Shown: positions 31,204-40,979 of the stretch, piece by piece
How the letters are laid out: each line of letters begins with the position of its first letter
Numbering within the stretch: position 1 is the first letter of the stretch
Assembly: GCA_965215335.1 (NCBI GenBank)
Contig: CBDCDA010000001.1
Span: forward strand, 1,536,001-1,600,000
Direction of reading: 5' to 3'
Length of the DNA: 64,000 bases
DNA from: an uncultured Candidatus Entotheonella sp.
Lineage (GTDB): Bacteria; Tectomicrobia; Entotheonellia; Entotheonellales; Entotheonellaceae
Notes under the pieces: model-generated
What the model was told of the DNA's origin: nothing
The model's input: the letters and a program-made list of their open reading frames with translations, nothing else
Databases searched by the model: none
Program-made: the position numbers and the translations under genes

Positions 31204-32625
31204 CTAGAGTTCGGGTGGCCTCAGATGCGCCCACGGCGCCGCCTGCTCGCACGCCGCGGCGGCCTGCAGCACCAGCGTGTCGGCGTGCCAGCGGCCGACG
31301 ACCTGCAGCGCCACCGGCAACCCCTCGGAGTCGAACCCGCACGGCACGCTGGCGGTGGGCTGTCCCGTGAGGTTGAATGGAAAGGTGAACGGCAGCCGGT
31401 CGAACATCGACGGTGTCGGGGTGCCGTCGATGTGGCTGGGACCGCGCTCGACCGACCACGCCGCCAGCGGCATCTGCGGGGTGAGCAGCAAGTCGTAGGT
31501 CTCGAACAGGCATCGCACCTGGTGGTAGAACTCGGTGCGCGCCAACTGTGCCAGGCCCAACTGCACGGCGGAAACCCGCTGGCCGGCCTCGATCATTTCC
31601 ACCAGGCTGGACTCGAACCACTCCGGCCTCTGGGCGTAGCGTTCGGCGTTGCGCGTCGCGTAGGAAACGTTCCAGGCCATGGCCGCGGCCTCGCGTTGGT
31701 CGTCCCAGCCGGGGTTGACAGCTTCGACCTCGCAGCCGAAATCGCTGAAACGTTCAGCCGCCGCCGTAGTCAGGCGCCGCACTTCCGGGTCCACCGCGGC
31801 GTAGCCCAGATCGATGCTCCAGGCGACGCGCAGCCCGCGCAGCGCTGCGAGCGGCTGCGCCACCGCCGCGGCGTAGTCCTCGGGCGGGCTGTCGATGGTG
31901 GTGGGATCGCGCGGGTCGGGGCCGGCCAGGGCGCCGAGAAAGAGGGCCGCGTCGGCCACCGTACGGGTGATCGGGCCATTGTGCGAGCGGCCCGCCCAGA
32001 TGTCGGGGTTGGGCCAGTAGGGCACCCGCCCGAAGGACGGCTTGTGGCCGAAGACGCCGCACAGCGCGGCAGGAATGCGGATGGAGCCGGCGCCGTCCGA
32101 GCCGTGCGCCAGCGGCCCCAGCCCAGCGGCCACTGCCGCCGCGGCACCGCCGCTCGAGGCGCCCGAGGTGCGGTCCAGCTTCCACGGGTTGCGGCACGGC
32201 GGCCCCAGCAGGTTGTCGCACATGTCCTTGTGCCCGTAGTGCGACGTGTTCGTCTTGCCGATGACGATGCCGCCGGCAGCCTTGGCACGTTCCGTTACCA
32301 GGCCGTCGCTGTCCGCAACGTTGTCGGCAAAGAACTTGGAGCCGAAGGTGCAGCGCAGGCCGGCGACGGGTTCCAGGTCCTTGATGGACACGGGCAGGCC
32401 GTACAAGGCGCCTGCCGCCTCGCCCCGCATGACGCCCGCCTCCGCCGCTCGCGCCGCCTCGCGTGCCCGCTCGCCGTCCAACGCCAGGTAGGCATTGACG
32501 TGCGGGTTCACCGCCTCGATGCGCGCCAGCACCGCGTCCATGATTTCCACCGGCGAAAGCCGCCGCTGTCGAATCGCCGCCGCCAGCTCGGTGGCCGACG
32601 TAAAATAAAGCTCCGTTGCGTCCAT
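31204..32625 (-). CDS. Amidase signature family protein
   Basis: 'GLPVSIKD', 'GKTNT', 'GASSGG', 'GSDGAGSIRIPA'. Confidence 0.92.
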   Translation of the reverse strand: MDATELYFTSATELAAAIRQRRLSPVEIMDAVLARIEAVNPHVNAYLALDGERAREAARAAEAGVMRGEAAGALYGLPVSIKDLEPVAGLRCTFGSKFFADNVADSDGLVTERAKAAGGIVIGKTNTSHYGHKDMCDNLLGPPCRNPWKLDRTSGASSGGAAAAVAAGLGPLAHGSDGAGSIRIPAALCGVFGHKPSFGRVPYWPNPDIWAGRSHNGPITRTVADAALFLGALAGPDPRDPTTIDSPPEDYAAAVAQPLAALRGLRVAWSIDLGYAAVDPEVRRLTTAAAERFSDFGCEVEAVNPGWDDQREAAAMAWNVSYATRNAERYAQRPEWFESSLVEMIEAGQRVSAVQLGLAQLARTEFYHQVRCLFETYDLLLTPQMPLAAWSVERGPSHIDGTPTPSMFDRLPFTFPFNLTGQPTASVPCGFDSEGLPVALQVVGRWHADTLVLQAAAACEQAAPWAHLRPPEL

Positions 32626-32739
32626 CGCGCTCTCCCACGTCACCGTCGGTTGGTCATGCCAGGATTTTGGGGTTGCTGCCGAGGCGAGCGTAGGGCGACG
32701 GGGTGTGAAAGTCAATTGGGGATTGGGGGCTTGCACGCG

Positions 32740-34206
32740 TTACGCTGAGGCTGAATTCGACGGCTCCGGCGTTGTTTCAGGAACAAACAGACCCCGCAGC
32801 AGGTCGCGCGCCGCGGCGTCGCCGCTGCGGATGCAGTCGGGCACGCCGACGCCGTGGCAGGCGTTGCCGGCCAGCGCCAGGCCTGGCCAGCGGCGGACCG
32901 CTGCTTCGAGACACTCGACGCGCGCCAGGTGTCCGACGTGGTACTGCGGCATGGCGCTCGCATGGCGGCTCACGAGACAGAGCGTCGGCGTGCCGGTGAG
33001 ACCCAGCAGTTGCCGCAGGTCCCGGCAAACGGCGTCTTGCAGCTTTGTGTCGGGCCAAAGGGCTTGTTCCTGCTGCAAGGCGCCACCGACAAAAGCGCGC
33101 AGGAGCACCTTGCCGGCCGGCGCCCGGCCAGCGAACTTGACGCTGCTGAACGAACAGGCGATCAGGCTCCGTTGCTCCACTGCCGGCACGACGAATCCCA
33201 TGCCGTCCAAGGGATGGGCGATGTCGGCGCGGTCGCATGTCAGCGTGACGATGGCTGACGACGCGTAGGGGATGTCGTGCAGCCCGGCGGCCAATTTGGG
33301 GTCGAGACCGCTCAGCAGGCGCGCCGCCTGCGGCGCGGCAAGCGCCAGGCAGAGGGAATCGGCTTCGAGATCGGGGCCGTCTTGCGAGGAAACGATCCAG
33401 CGTTGGCTGTCAGGGTCGCGCCGCACGCTATGGACAGGGGTTTGCAGGCGCACGGTGCTGGCGGGCAGGCGATCGGCGAGGGCGTCTACCAGCGTTTGCA
33501 TGCCGTGCCGGAAGGACGCGAACAGGCCGTAACGGGCGCCGCTGACGCCCGGCTGCTGCGTGCTGGCTTGGCGCTGCCGGCGGCGCAGCGCCAGGATCAG
33601 GCTGCGGTGGCACCGCTCCATTTCCAGGAATTGCGGCATCGTAGCCCGCATGCTGAGACGGCGCGGGTCAGCGGGGTAAATGGCGCCGACCATGGGCTGG
33701 GCCATGCGCTCCAGGGCTTCCCGGCCCAGGCGGCGGGTGACGAAATCGGCGAGGGATTCGTCGTCTTCCGACGTGCGGCGGGGCAGCGCGAGGTCCAGGG
33801 CCATGCGCAGCTTGCCGGGCCAACTGAACGCAGGGGTTGTGACGAACGGCCACAAGGATCCCGGCGCCATCAGGTAAACCCCCTGCGGAACCGGCACGAG
33901 CTTGCCGCGGCGCACGATGAAGCTCTGTCGAGGCTCAGTGGTGGTGGCGATCAATTCGGGGTTCAGCCCGAGTTCGTCACACAGTTCGACGCCCCAAGGT
34001 TTGGTGGTGAGAAAGCAGTCCGGCCCCTCTTCCAGCAGCAGGCCGTCTTCACGGCGGGTGGCGATGACGCCGCCGAGCCGCTCACTGGCCTCCAGCAACA
34101 CGACGTCGAGCGGCAGGTCGCCGGCCTGCGCCTGTTGCGTCAGACGATAACAGGCGGTCAGGCCCGTGATGCCGCCACCGATGACCACCGCCCGCTTGCG
34201 GTTCAC
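32740..34206 (-). CDS. hemY: HemY-type protoporphyrinogen/coproporphyrinogen oxidase
   Basis: 'VVIGGGITGL', 'EASERLGG', 'EEGPDCF', 'MPQYHVGH', 'GVGVPDC'; GTG overlaps the hemH stop (GTGA). Confidence 0.92.
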   Translation of the reverse strand: MNRKRAVVIGGGITGLTACYRLTQQAQAGDLPLDVVLLEASERLGGVIATRREDGLLLEEGPDCFLTTKPWGVELCDELGLNPELIATTTEPRQSFIVRRGKLVPVPQGVYLMAPGSLWPFVTTPAFSWPGKLRMALDLALPRRTSEDDESLADFVTRRLGREALERMAQPMVGAIYPADPRRLSMRATMPQFLEMERCHRSLILALRRRQRQASTQQPGVSGARYGLFASFRHGMQTLVDALADRLPASTVRLQTPVHSVRRDPDSQRWIVSSQDGPDLEADSLCLALAAPQAARLLSGLDPKLAAGLHDIPYASSAIVTLTCDRADIAHPLDGMGFVVPAVEQRSLIACSFSSVKFAGRAPAGKVLLRAFVGGALQQEQALWPDTKLQDAVCRDLRQLLGLTGTPTLCLVSRHASAMPQYHVGHLARVECLEAAVRRWPGLALAGNACHGVGVPDCIRSGDAAARDLLRGLFVPETTPEPSNSASA

Positions 34207-35219
34207 CGTCTGCTCCACGCCGTTCCCTCCCCCTGCCCCCTCCCAGAGGGAGGGAGATTTAGGGCCAGATGCGCGCTGATCCGGTCGCTGAGCATGGCCA
34301 CGAACGCCGGGTGGTTGCTGACGGTGCCGGAGCGCACGTAGCCCAGGCCGCACGCTTCGGCGGTCGCCTTCGCCTGCACGTCGAGGTCGTACAACACCTC
34401 CATGTGGTCGCACAGAAAGCCGATAGGGGCAACGACCACGTCGCAAAAGCCGTCTTCGTGCACCTGCTGGATGACGTCGTTGACGTCCGGCTGCAGCCAG
34501 GTGACCGGCGTGCCGGTCACCTGGCTCTGGTAGGCGATGCGGTGTTGTCGGCGGCGCAGGCGTTGCGTCACCGCGGCCGCGGTTTCACGGAACTGGCGCG
34601 TGTATGGTGCCCGGTCCGCCATCGGTTCGGGGATGGCGTGCGCCGTGTAGATGAGCGCCGCCGCGCCACCGCGCGCCGCGCCCAGCGACGCAACGGCCTG
34701 CCCGACGCCATCGGCGATGGCGTCGACAAAGCCCGCTTGGATATGCCAGGGCGAGAGGTATGTCATCCGTGGGCCGCGTTCGCCGAGGGCCGCGACCCCG
34801 TCCGCTACCGAATACTGGTAGTGCTCCCAGCTGGCGGCGCACTGGAAGGGTGAAAGGATGACCCCCAGCACGTGCTGGCAGCCCAGGTCGACCATGTCGG
34901 CCAGCACGGTATCGACATACGGCGGCCAGAAGCGCATGCCGACGCGGACTGGTACCGTGTGACCCTTGGCTCGCAGGGCGGCCGACACGCTTTCGGCCTG
35001 CTGCAGCGTCAAGGCGTTGAACGGCGAATAGCCCCCGAACACGTCGTAATGCGCCACCACCTCGTCAATTCTCGCCTGTGCACCGGGCCGCTCGCCGACA
35101 ACCGCGCGCACGAAACAGGCCGCCTCGCGTCCGGGGCATGGGTCGTAGCGCTGACAACAGCCGGGTGTCGGGCCGCCGAATCCGATCAGCAGCACGCCGT
35201 CGATGGCTGGGTCCGTCAT
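34203..35219 (-). CDS. hemH: Ferrochelatase (probably coproporphyrin ferrochelatase)
   Basis: 'FGGP', 'GGYSP', 'GMRFWPPY', 'TAHAIP', 'WLQPD', 'PIGFLCDHMEVLYDLD'. Confidence 0.92.
   Translation of the reverse strand: MTDPAIDGVLLIGFGGPTPGCCQRYDPCPGREAACFVRAVVGERPGAQARIDEVVAHYDVFGGYSPFNALTLQQAESVSAALRAKGHTVPVRVGMRFWPPYVDTVLADMVDLGCQHVLGVILSPFQCAASWEHYQYSVADGVAALGERGPRMTYLSPWHIQAGFVDAIADGVGQAVASLGAARGGAAALIYTAHAIPEPMADRAPYTRQFRETAAAVTQRLRRRQHRIAYQSQVTGTPVTWLQPDVNDVIQQVHEDGFCDVVVAPIGFLCDHMEVLYDLDVQAKATAEACGLGYVRSGTVSNHPAFVAMLSDRISAHLALNLPPSGRGQGEGTAWSRR
34225..34254. repeat. Palindromic CCCTCCCCC...GGGAGGG element within the hemH 3' end
   Basis: 29/30 identical to the copy at 58536-58565. Confidence 0.85.
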
Positions 35220-36280
35220 GACGGCTCCCGTGTGCTCAGATCGTGGACGGCGTCGACCAGGGCGCGAACGTTGTCCACCGGCGTTGTCGGCAGGATGCCG
35301 TGCCCCAGGTTGAAGACGTGTCCGGCGCGCCCGGCCGCTTGCCGCAGGATCTCCTGCACCCGCTGGCGGATGTATGGGGACTCAGCCATCAGCACGGCAG
35401 GGTCGAGATTGCCCTGAATGCCGACGTCTCCCAGCCGCCGCCAGGCGTCATCCAGCTCGACCCGGAAATCGACCCCGATCACGTCGCCACCGGCTTGGCG
35501 CATCAACTCCAGCAGGGCGTTGGTGCCGGTGCCGAAGTGGAGCACCGGCACGCCGGGGGCGACGTTGGCGATCACCTCACGCGAGTGCGGCAACACGAAG
35601 GCGCGGTAATCCGCCGGCGACAGGTTGCCGACCCAGCTGTCGAACAGTTGCACCGCCTGCGCACCGGCCGCTACCTGGGCGTTGAGATAACGCGCCACGT
35701 TGCGGCTCAGCAGCGCCATGAGGGCGTGCCACGCCTGCGGCTGCGTGTACATGAACTGCTTGGTGCGCGTGTATTGGCGTGACGAGCCGCCCTCGATCAT
35801 GTAGGAGGCCAGCGTGAAGGGCGCCCCGGCAAAGCCGATCAGCGGCAGGCCCGGCGCCAGTGCGGCACGTGCGGCGCGGATCGCCTGCATCACGTAGGGC
35901 AGCGATTCGGCGGTGCCCACCTCCTGCAGCCGCTCGACGTCAGCCGCGGTTTGCAGGGGATCGTGCAGCACCGGCCCGTTGCCGGCGCTGAATTCGAGCT
36001 GCATGCCCATCGGCTCGAGAATCAGCAGGATGTCGGCAAAGATGATCGCCGCATCAACGCCCAGGCGCTCGACGGCGTCCACCGTCACCTCGGCCGCCAG
36101 GTCCGGCGTTTTGCACAGTTCCAGCAACGACACCCGCGTGCGCACCTGCCGGTACGATTCCATATACCGCCCGGCCTGGCGCATCAGCCACACCGGCGTA
36201 TACGGCGTCGGCTCGCGCCGGCAGGCCCGCATGAAGGTCGAATCGAACAGCGTCGCGGGCGGTCTGGGGGTCTCTGGCAT
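35216..36280 (-). CDS. hemE: Uroporphyrinogen decarboxylase
   Basis: 'PVWLMRQAGRY', 'IGFAGAPFTLASY', 'QLFDSW', 'FNLGHG'. Confidence 0.97.
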   Translation of the reverse strand: MPETPRPPATLFDSTFMRACRREPTPYTPVWLMRQAGRYMESYRQVRTRVSLLELCKTPDLAAEVTVDAVERLGVDAAIIFADILLILEPMGMQLEFSAGNGPVLHDPLQTAADVERLQEVGTAESLPYVMQAIRAARAALAPGLPLIGFAGAPFTLASYMIEGGSSRQYTRTKQFMYTQPQAWHALMALLSRNVARYLNAQVAAGAQAVQLFDSWVGNLSPADYRAFVLPHSREVIANVAPGVPVLHFGTGTNALLELMRQAGGDVIGVDFRVELDDAWRRLGDVGIQGNLDPAVLMAESPYIRQRVQEILRQAAGRAGHVFNLGHGILPTTPVDNVRALVDAVHDLSTREPS

Positions 36281-36299
36281 ATGGATTCCTTTCTGCGGT

Positions 36300-36467
36300 C
36301 TACTTGAAAACCAAGTCCCTGAACAGGATCAGCACGATTGGACCGATAAATCCAGACCACCAGACCAAAAAGCCACACCAGCCAGTTGCGCATCTGGCGC
36401 ATGTCCGCTCGGAGTTCCGAAAACCCTTCCTCCATGCGCTTTCGATGCCGAGAAAGCATTCGTCCAT
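36300..36467 (-). pseudogene. Frameshifted small coiled-coil + C-terminal TM protein
   Basis: 'MDECFLGIE' / 'RMEEGFSELRADMRQMRNWLVWLFGLVV' / 'GFIGPIVLILFRDLVFK*' split over two frames. Confidence 0.45.
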
Positions 36468-36484
36468 GAAAACCGGTTCGTGGA

Positions 36485-37279
36485 TCAAGCCGGCAGGCCG
36501 TCCAGAAACGACATGACCGCATTCGTGAAGGCGGCCGGCTGCTCGATGTTCGCCAAGTGGCCGGCGTCGGGAATGATGACCAGCTGCGAGCCGGCGATGC
36601 GGCGGTGCATCAGTTTTGACGGCTCGATGAAGGGCTCGTCCATGTTGCCGACAACGATCAGCGCCGGCAGCGTGATCTGCCCGAGCTCGCCGGTGCGGTC
36701 CCGCATGCGCGACAACGCCCGCAGGCCGCTACAGTAGCCGATGACGTTGTTCTGCGCCATGCGGTCGCGGTATTCCTTGATGGCGTACGGATTATCCTGC
36801 AGGTGCGGCGCCAGCAGCCTGTTGTCGATCATGTGATCCGCCAGCCCGGCCATGCCGAGGCGCTGCGCCAGGTCGATCATGTCGTCGGGATTGGTGAGCA
36901 GCGGCACGTCTGGGCGCGCCGCGGCGCTGTCCGCGATGATGACGCCTTTCAGTAACTCCTGGTGCGCCAGGGCGAAGTGCACGGTAATCATGCCGCCGAT
37001 GGACAGCCCGCCGAGCACGAACTCGCCGAGCCCCAGATATCGCACCAGCTGGTGCAGGTCCTCGGTATGCTGATCGAGCGAATACGCGCCCGCCGGACTG
37101 TCGCTGCGGCCCATGCCTCGGATGTCGTAGGTGATGAACTGGTATCGCTTGCTGAACACCGGCGCTTGCAGGCTCCACATGGTGCAATCGCTGGTGAAAC
37201 TGTGCGAAAAGAGCACCGGCAGGCCGCTGCCCTGGTATTCGTAGTACATGTCGATGCCGTTCACGTGTGCCTTGGGCAT
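36485..37279 (-). CDS. Alpha/beta fold hydrolase (enol-lactonase-like)
   Basis: 'YDIRGMGRS', nucleophile elbow 'GLSIGG', 'AGHLANIEQP'. Confidence 0.9.
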   Translation of the reverse strand: MPKAHVNGIDMYYEYQGSGLPVLFSHSFTSDCTMWSLQAPVFSKRYQFITYDIRGMGRSDSPAGAYSLDQHTEDLHQLVRYLGLGEFVLGGLSIGGMITVHFALAHQELLKGVIIADSAAARPDVPLLTNPDDMIDLAQRLGMAGLADHMIDNRLLAPHLQDNPYAIKEYRDRMAQNNVIGYCSGLRALSRMRDRTGELGQITLPALIVVGNMDEPFIEPSKLMHRRIAGSQLVIIPDAGHLANIEQPAAFTNAVMSFLDGLPA

Positions 37280-37309
37280 GATCGATCTCCTTGACTCGTG
37301 ATCAGGGGT

Positions 37310-37777
37310 TCATGTTTTGCCGGTCTCTTGCAACACCACAAGCTCCTGGCCTGCGGCTACCTGGTCGCCTTCCCCGCACAGCAGACTGGCCACCGTGCCA
37401 TCGTGCGGCGCGGTGATCTGCTGTTCCATCTTCATCGCCTCCAGAATGAGCAGGGCGTCCCCGGCGCGAACGCTGTCACCCACCTTGGCCAGCACACGGA
37501 TGATACGCCCGGCCATCGGCGCTTGCAGGTCACCCGGCGCGCTCGCGGGTGCGCGGCGGCGCTGCCTGGCGTCGTACAGGCGGTACTCGCGCCCGGCGAC
37601 CTGCACGGTGGTCTCGCCGCCCTGCCTGAGAAACGCGGCGCGCCGCAGGCTTCTGGCCGGCAGGTCGAAAACGCAGTCCCGCACCGTGACACGATAGCCG
37701 GCCTCCGGATCGTCCAGCGGCGCGATGTTGACCTCGACGGTTTCGTCTGCGCCGGGAATTCGGTACGTAAACCTCAC
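37310..37777 (-). CDS. Biotin carboxyl carrier subunit (stand-alone C-terminal part of an acyl-CoA carboxylase alpha chain)
   Basis: 'APMAG', 'EAMKME'; GTG overlaps the stop of the biotin carboxylase gene (GTGA). Confidence 0.9.
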   Translation of the reverse strand: MRFTYRIPGADETVEVNIAPLDDPEAGYRVTVRDCVFDLPARSLRRAAFLRQGGETTVQVAGREYRLYDARQRRRAPASAPGDLQAPMAGRIIRVLAKVGDSVRAGDALLILEAMKMEQQITAPHDGTVASLLCGEGDQVAAGQELVVLQETGKT

Positions 37778-39291
37778 CGCACGCCCCCCACCCGCCAGCC
37801 ATCGTGCCGCGTCCACGGGTTCGAGGCGCCCTGGCCGGCGTCCGCGAACTCGGCAACCGGCGTGGCCGTCCCGCTTTCATGTTGCAACAGGTCGCCGAGC
37901 GCGGCCAGCGCCAGAACGTCCGACGGCACGGGCACGGTGGGTTGCCAGTCTGGATAATGCCGTTCAATGAACGCTGTGTTGGTATCCCCGGCGGCGAATG
38001 CCTCCGACTCGATCACGTCGAGCAGAAACTCGCGGTTGGTCGTCAGGCCGAGGACCACGTAATCGCACAGCAGGAGGCGCATGCGTAGCCGCGCCTCCTC
38101 CCGCGTCGCGCCGTGGGTGATCAGCTTCGCCAGGATGGGATCGTAGTACGGGGTGATCTCCTGGTGCAGGGCCAGACCACTGTCAATGCGGCATCCCGGC
38201 CCGTGTGGCTCGCGCAGGATACGAACGCGGCCAGTGGCGGGCAGGAACCCGTTGGCGGGGTTCTCGGCGTACAGGCGGCACTCGATGGCGTGGCCGCGCT
38301 GCGTCAACTGCGCCTGGGTGAACGCCAGGGGCTCGTCGCCGGCGATGCGCAACTGCTGGTGTACGAGATCGACGCCGCTGACTTGCTCGGTGATGGCGTG
38401 TTCGACCTGCAGCCGGGTGTTCATTTCGAGGAAATAGAACGCGCCATCCGGTGCCAGCAGGAACTCGACCGTGCCGGCGCTGGTGTAATTCACGGCGTCG
38501 GCGAGGCGCAGCGCGGCATCTGTCATGCGTTGCCGCAGGTCGGCATCGACCGCCGGCGAGGGCGTCTCCTCGACGATCTTCTGGTGCCGCCGCTGGATCG
38601 AGCACTCGCGCTCGAACAGGTGAACCCGGTTGCCGAAGGGGTCGCCGAGCACCTGCACCTCCACGTGCCGCGGGCGGTCGATGTAGGTTTCGAGCAGCAG
38701 CGTGGCATCGCCGAACGCCTGTTGCGCCTCGCGCGCGCCGGCTTCGAGCGCCGCCGGCAAATCCGCGGCGTGTTCGACGACACGCATGCCCTTGCCACCG
38801 CCACCGGCCGCCGCCTTTACCAGCACCGGGTAGCCGAGCCGCTCCGCCGCTCGCGGCGCCTCACGCGCCAGGCTGGCCGCATCAGGCGCCCGGAAGCTGG
38901 GAATGACGGGTACACCGGCGCGCTCGGCGATCCGTTTGGAAATAATTTTCGATCCCATGTCACGGATGGCCGCGGCGCTGGGGCCGACGAAAATCAGCCC
39001 GGCCTTGACACACGACGCGGCAAATGCGGCGTTTTCGGACAGGAAGCCGTACCCTGGATGCACTGCGTCGGCGCCGCAGGCCCGCGCCGCTTCGAGTATG
39101 CGAGAAGCATTCAGGTAGCTTTGCGCCGGCGCCGGCGGGCCGAGGTGAACCGCCTCGTCCGCCAGCTGGGTATGCGGCGCCTCGCGGTCAGCCGTCGAGT
39201 AGACCGCTACGGTACGCAGGCCGAGCTCGCGCGCCGCGCGCATGATGCGCACCGCGATCTCGCCTCGATTGGCAACCAGCAACTTTTGCAT
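37774..39291 (-). CDS. Biotin carboxylase subunit of a methylcrotonyl/acyl-CoA carboxylase
   Basis: 'LVANRGEIA', 'HPGYGFLSEN', 'GGGGKGMR', 'RECSIQRRHQK', 'EMNTRLQVEH'. Confidence 0.93.
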   Translation of the reverse strand: MQKLLVANRGEIAVRIMRAARELGLRTVAVYSTADREAPHTQLADEAVHLGPPAPAQSYLNASRILEAARACGADAVHPGYGFLSENAAFAASCVKAGLIFVGPSAAAIRDMGSKIISKRIAERAGVPVIPSFRAPDAASLAREAPRAAERLGYPVLVKAAAGGGGKGMRVVEHAADLPAALEAGAREAQQAFGDATLLLETYIDRPRHVEVQVLGDPFGNRVHLFERECSIQRRHQKIVEETPSPAVDADLRQRMTDAALRLADAVNYTSAGTVEFLLAPDGAFYFLEMNTRLQVEHAITEQVSGVDLVHQQLRIAGDEPLAFTQAQLTQRGHAIECRLYAENPANGFLPATGRVRILREPHGPGCRIDSGLALHQEITPYYDPILAKLITHGATREEARLRMRLLLCDYVVLGLTTNREFLLDVIESEAFAAGDTNTAFIERHYPDWQPTVPVPSDVLALAALGDLLQHESGTATPVAEFADAGQGASNPWTRHDGWRVGGVR

Positions 39292-39321
39292 GGGACAACC
39301 TTCGCATCCGTTGGCGCCGCG

Positions 39322-40932
39322 TTACATGCGGAAGATGCCGTAACGCGGGGATTCGACGGGCTGTTTCATGGCCATGGCGATCGACAAGCCCAGCACCCGC
39401 CGGGTTTCCAGCGGGTCGAGAATCCCGTCGTCCCACAGCCGCGCCGTGGCGTAGTAGGGCGAGCCCTCGTGCTCGTAGGTGTCGAGGATGGGCTGCTTGA
39501 AGACTTCCTGTGCCGCCGCGTCGAGCTCGGGTTCGCCGCGCTTGCGCAACTGCTCCTGCTTCACCGTCAGCAGCACGCCCGCTGCCTGCTCGCCGCCCAT
39601 CACGGAGATGCGCGCGCTCGGCCACGAAAACAGTAGCCTCGGGCTGTAGGCGCGCCCGCACATGCCGTAGTTGCCGGCTCCAAAGGAGCCGCCGATGATC
39701 AGGGTGAAACGCGGCACCCGGGTGTTGGCCACCGCCATGACCATCTTGGCGCCGTCCTTGGCGATGCCGGCGCTTTCGGCCTGTACCCCGACCATGAACC
39801 CGGCGATGTTTTGCAGAAACAGGAGCGGAATCCCGCGCTGGTCGCACAACTCGATGAAGTGCGTACCCTTGAGGGACGAGTCGGAGAACAGCACGCCGTT
39901 GTTGGCCAGGATGCCGACCGGATAGCCCTCCAGGCGGGCAAAGCCGCACACCAGCGTGGTGCCGTACAGCGGCTTGAACTCGTGAAAGCGCGAGCCGTCT
40001 ACCAGGCGGGCGATGATTTCCCGCACGTCGTAGGGCTGGCGCGGCGACGGCGGCAGGATGCCGTAGCACTCGCGCGGGTCGTAGAGCGGCTCCTCGGGCG
40101 GCTCGACGCTGCATGCCGGGCGGCGGGTGTCGTTAAGGTTCTCGACAATGCTGCGGCAGATGTCCAGGGCGTGCGCGTCATCGTCGGCCAGGTGATCGGT
40201 GACCCCGGAGCGGCTGGCGTGCATCAGGCCGCCGCCAAGCTCCTCGGCGCTGACGTCCTCGCCGGTCGACGCCTTCACCAACGGCGGCCCGGCGAGGAAG
40301 ATCGTGCCCTGGTTGCGCACGATGATGGTTTCGTCGGACATGGCGGGAACGTAGGCGCCGCCGGCCGTGCAGGAGCCCATGACGACGGCGATCTGCGGGA
40401 TGCCGGCGGCCGACATGGTGGCCTGGTTGTAGAAGATGCGCCCGAAATGCTCGCGGTCGGGAAACACCTCGGCCTGCAGGGGCAGGAAGGCGCCGCCGGA
40501 GTCGACGAGATAGATGCACGGCAGGCGGTTGTCGTGCGCCACTTCTTGGGCCCGCAGGTGCTTCTTGACGGTGAGGGGAAAGTAGGTGCCGCCCTTCACG
40601 GTGGCGTCGTTGGCGATGATCATCACCTCGCCGGCGTGCACGGCGCCGATGCCGGTGACGATGCCGGCGCCGGGGGCGGCGCGGTCATACATGTCGTGAG
40701 CGGCCAGGGGAGAGAGTTCCAGAAACGGGGCGCCGGGATCCAGCAGGGCGTCGATGCGCTCGCGCGCCAGCAGCTTGCCGCGCTGCCGGTGCAGGGCCAC
40801 GGCCCGTTCCCCACCGCCGTCGCGCACCCGTCGAAGCGTCTCGCGCAGGCGCTCGGCCTGCTCCAGATTATGCGCCATGTTGCGCTTGAACTCGGGGCCG
40901 TCCGGGTCGATACGCGACTGCAGGATGTCCAT
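39322..40932 (-). CDS. Methylcrotonyl-CoA carboxylase beta (carboxyltransferase) subunit
   Basis: '[11 protein letters not shown]', 'KKHLRAQE', '[11 protein letters not shown]', '[15 protein letters not shown]', 'ARLWDDG'. Confidence 0.92.
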   Translation of the reverse strand: MDILQSRIDPDGPEFKRNMAHNLEQAERLRETLRRVRDGGGERAVALHRQRGKLLARERIDALLDPGAPFLELSPLAAHDMYDRAAPGAGIVTGIGAVHAGEVMIIANDATVKGGTYFPLTVKKHLRAQEVAHDNRLPCIYLVDSGGAFLPLQAEVFPDREHFGRIFYNQATMSAAGIPQIAVVMGSCTAGGAYVPAMSDETIIVRNQGTIFLAGPPLVKASTGEDVSAEELGGGLMHASRSGVTDHLADDDAHALDICRSIVENLNDTRRPACSVEPPEEPLYDPRECYGILPPSPRQPYDVREIIARLVDGSRFHEFKPLYGTTLVCGFARLEGYPVGILANNGVLFSDSSLKGTHFIELCDQRGIPLLFLQNIAGFMVGVQAESAGIAKDGAKMVMAVANTRVPRFTLIIGGSFGAGNYGMCGRAYSPRLLFSWPSARISVMGGEQAAGVLLTVKQEQLRKRGEPELDAAAQEVFKQPILDTYEHEGSPYYATARLWDDGILDPLETRRVLGLSIAMAMKQPVESPRYGIFRM

Positions 40933-40979
40933 CGTGCCGGCTCATTCCGCCAGGAGTGAGAGGGTGAACGCCGGGCGCC

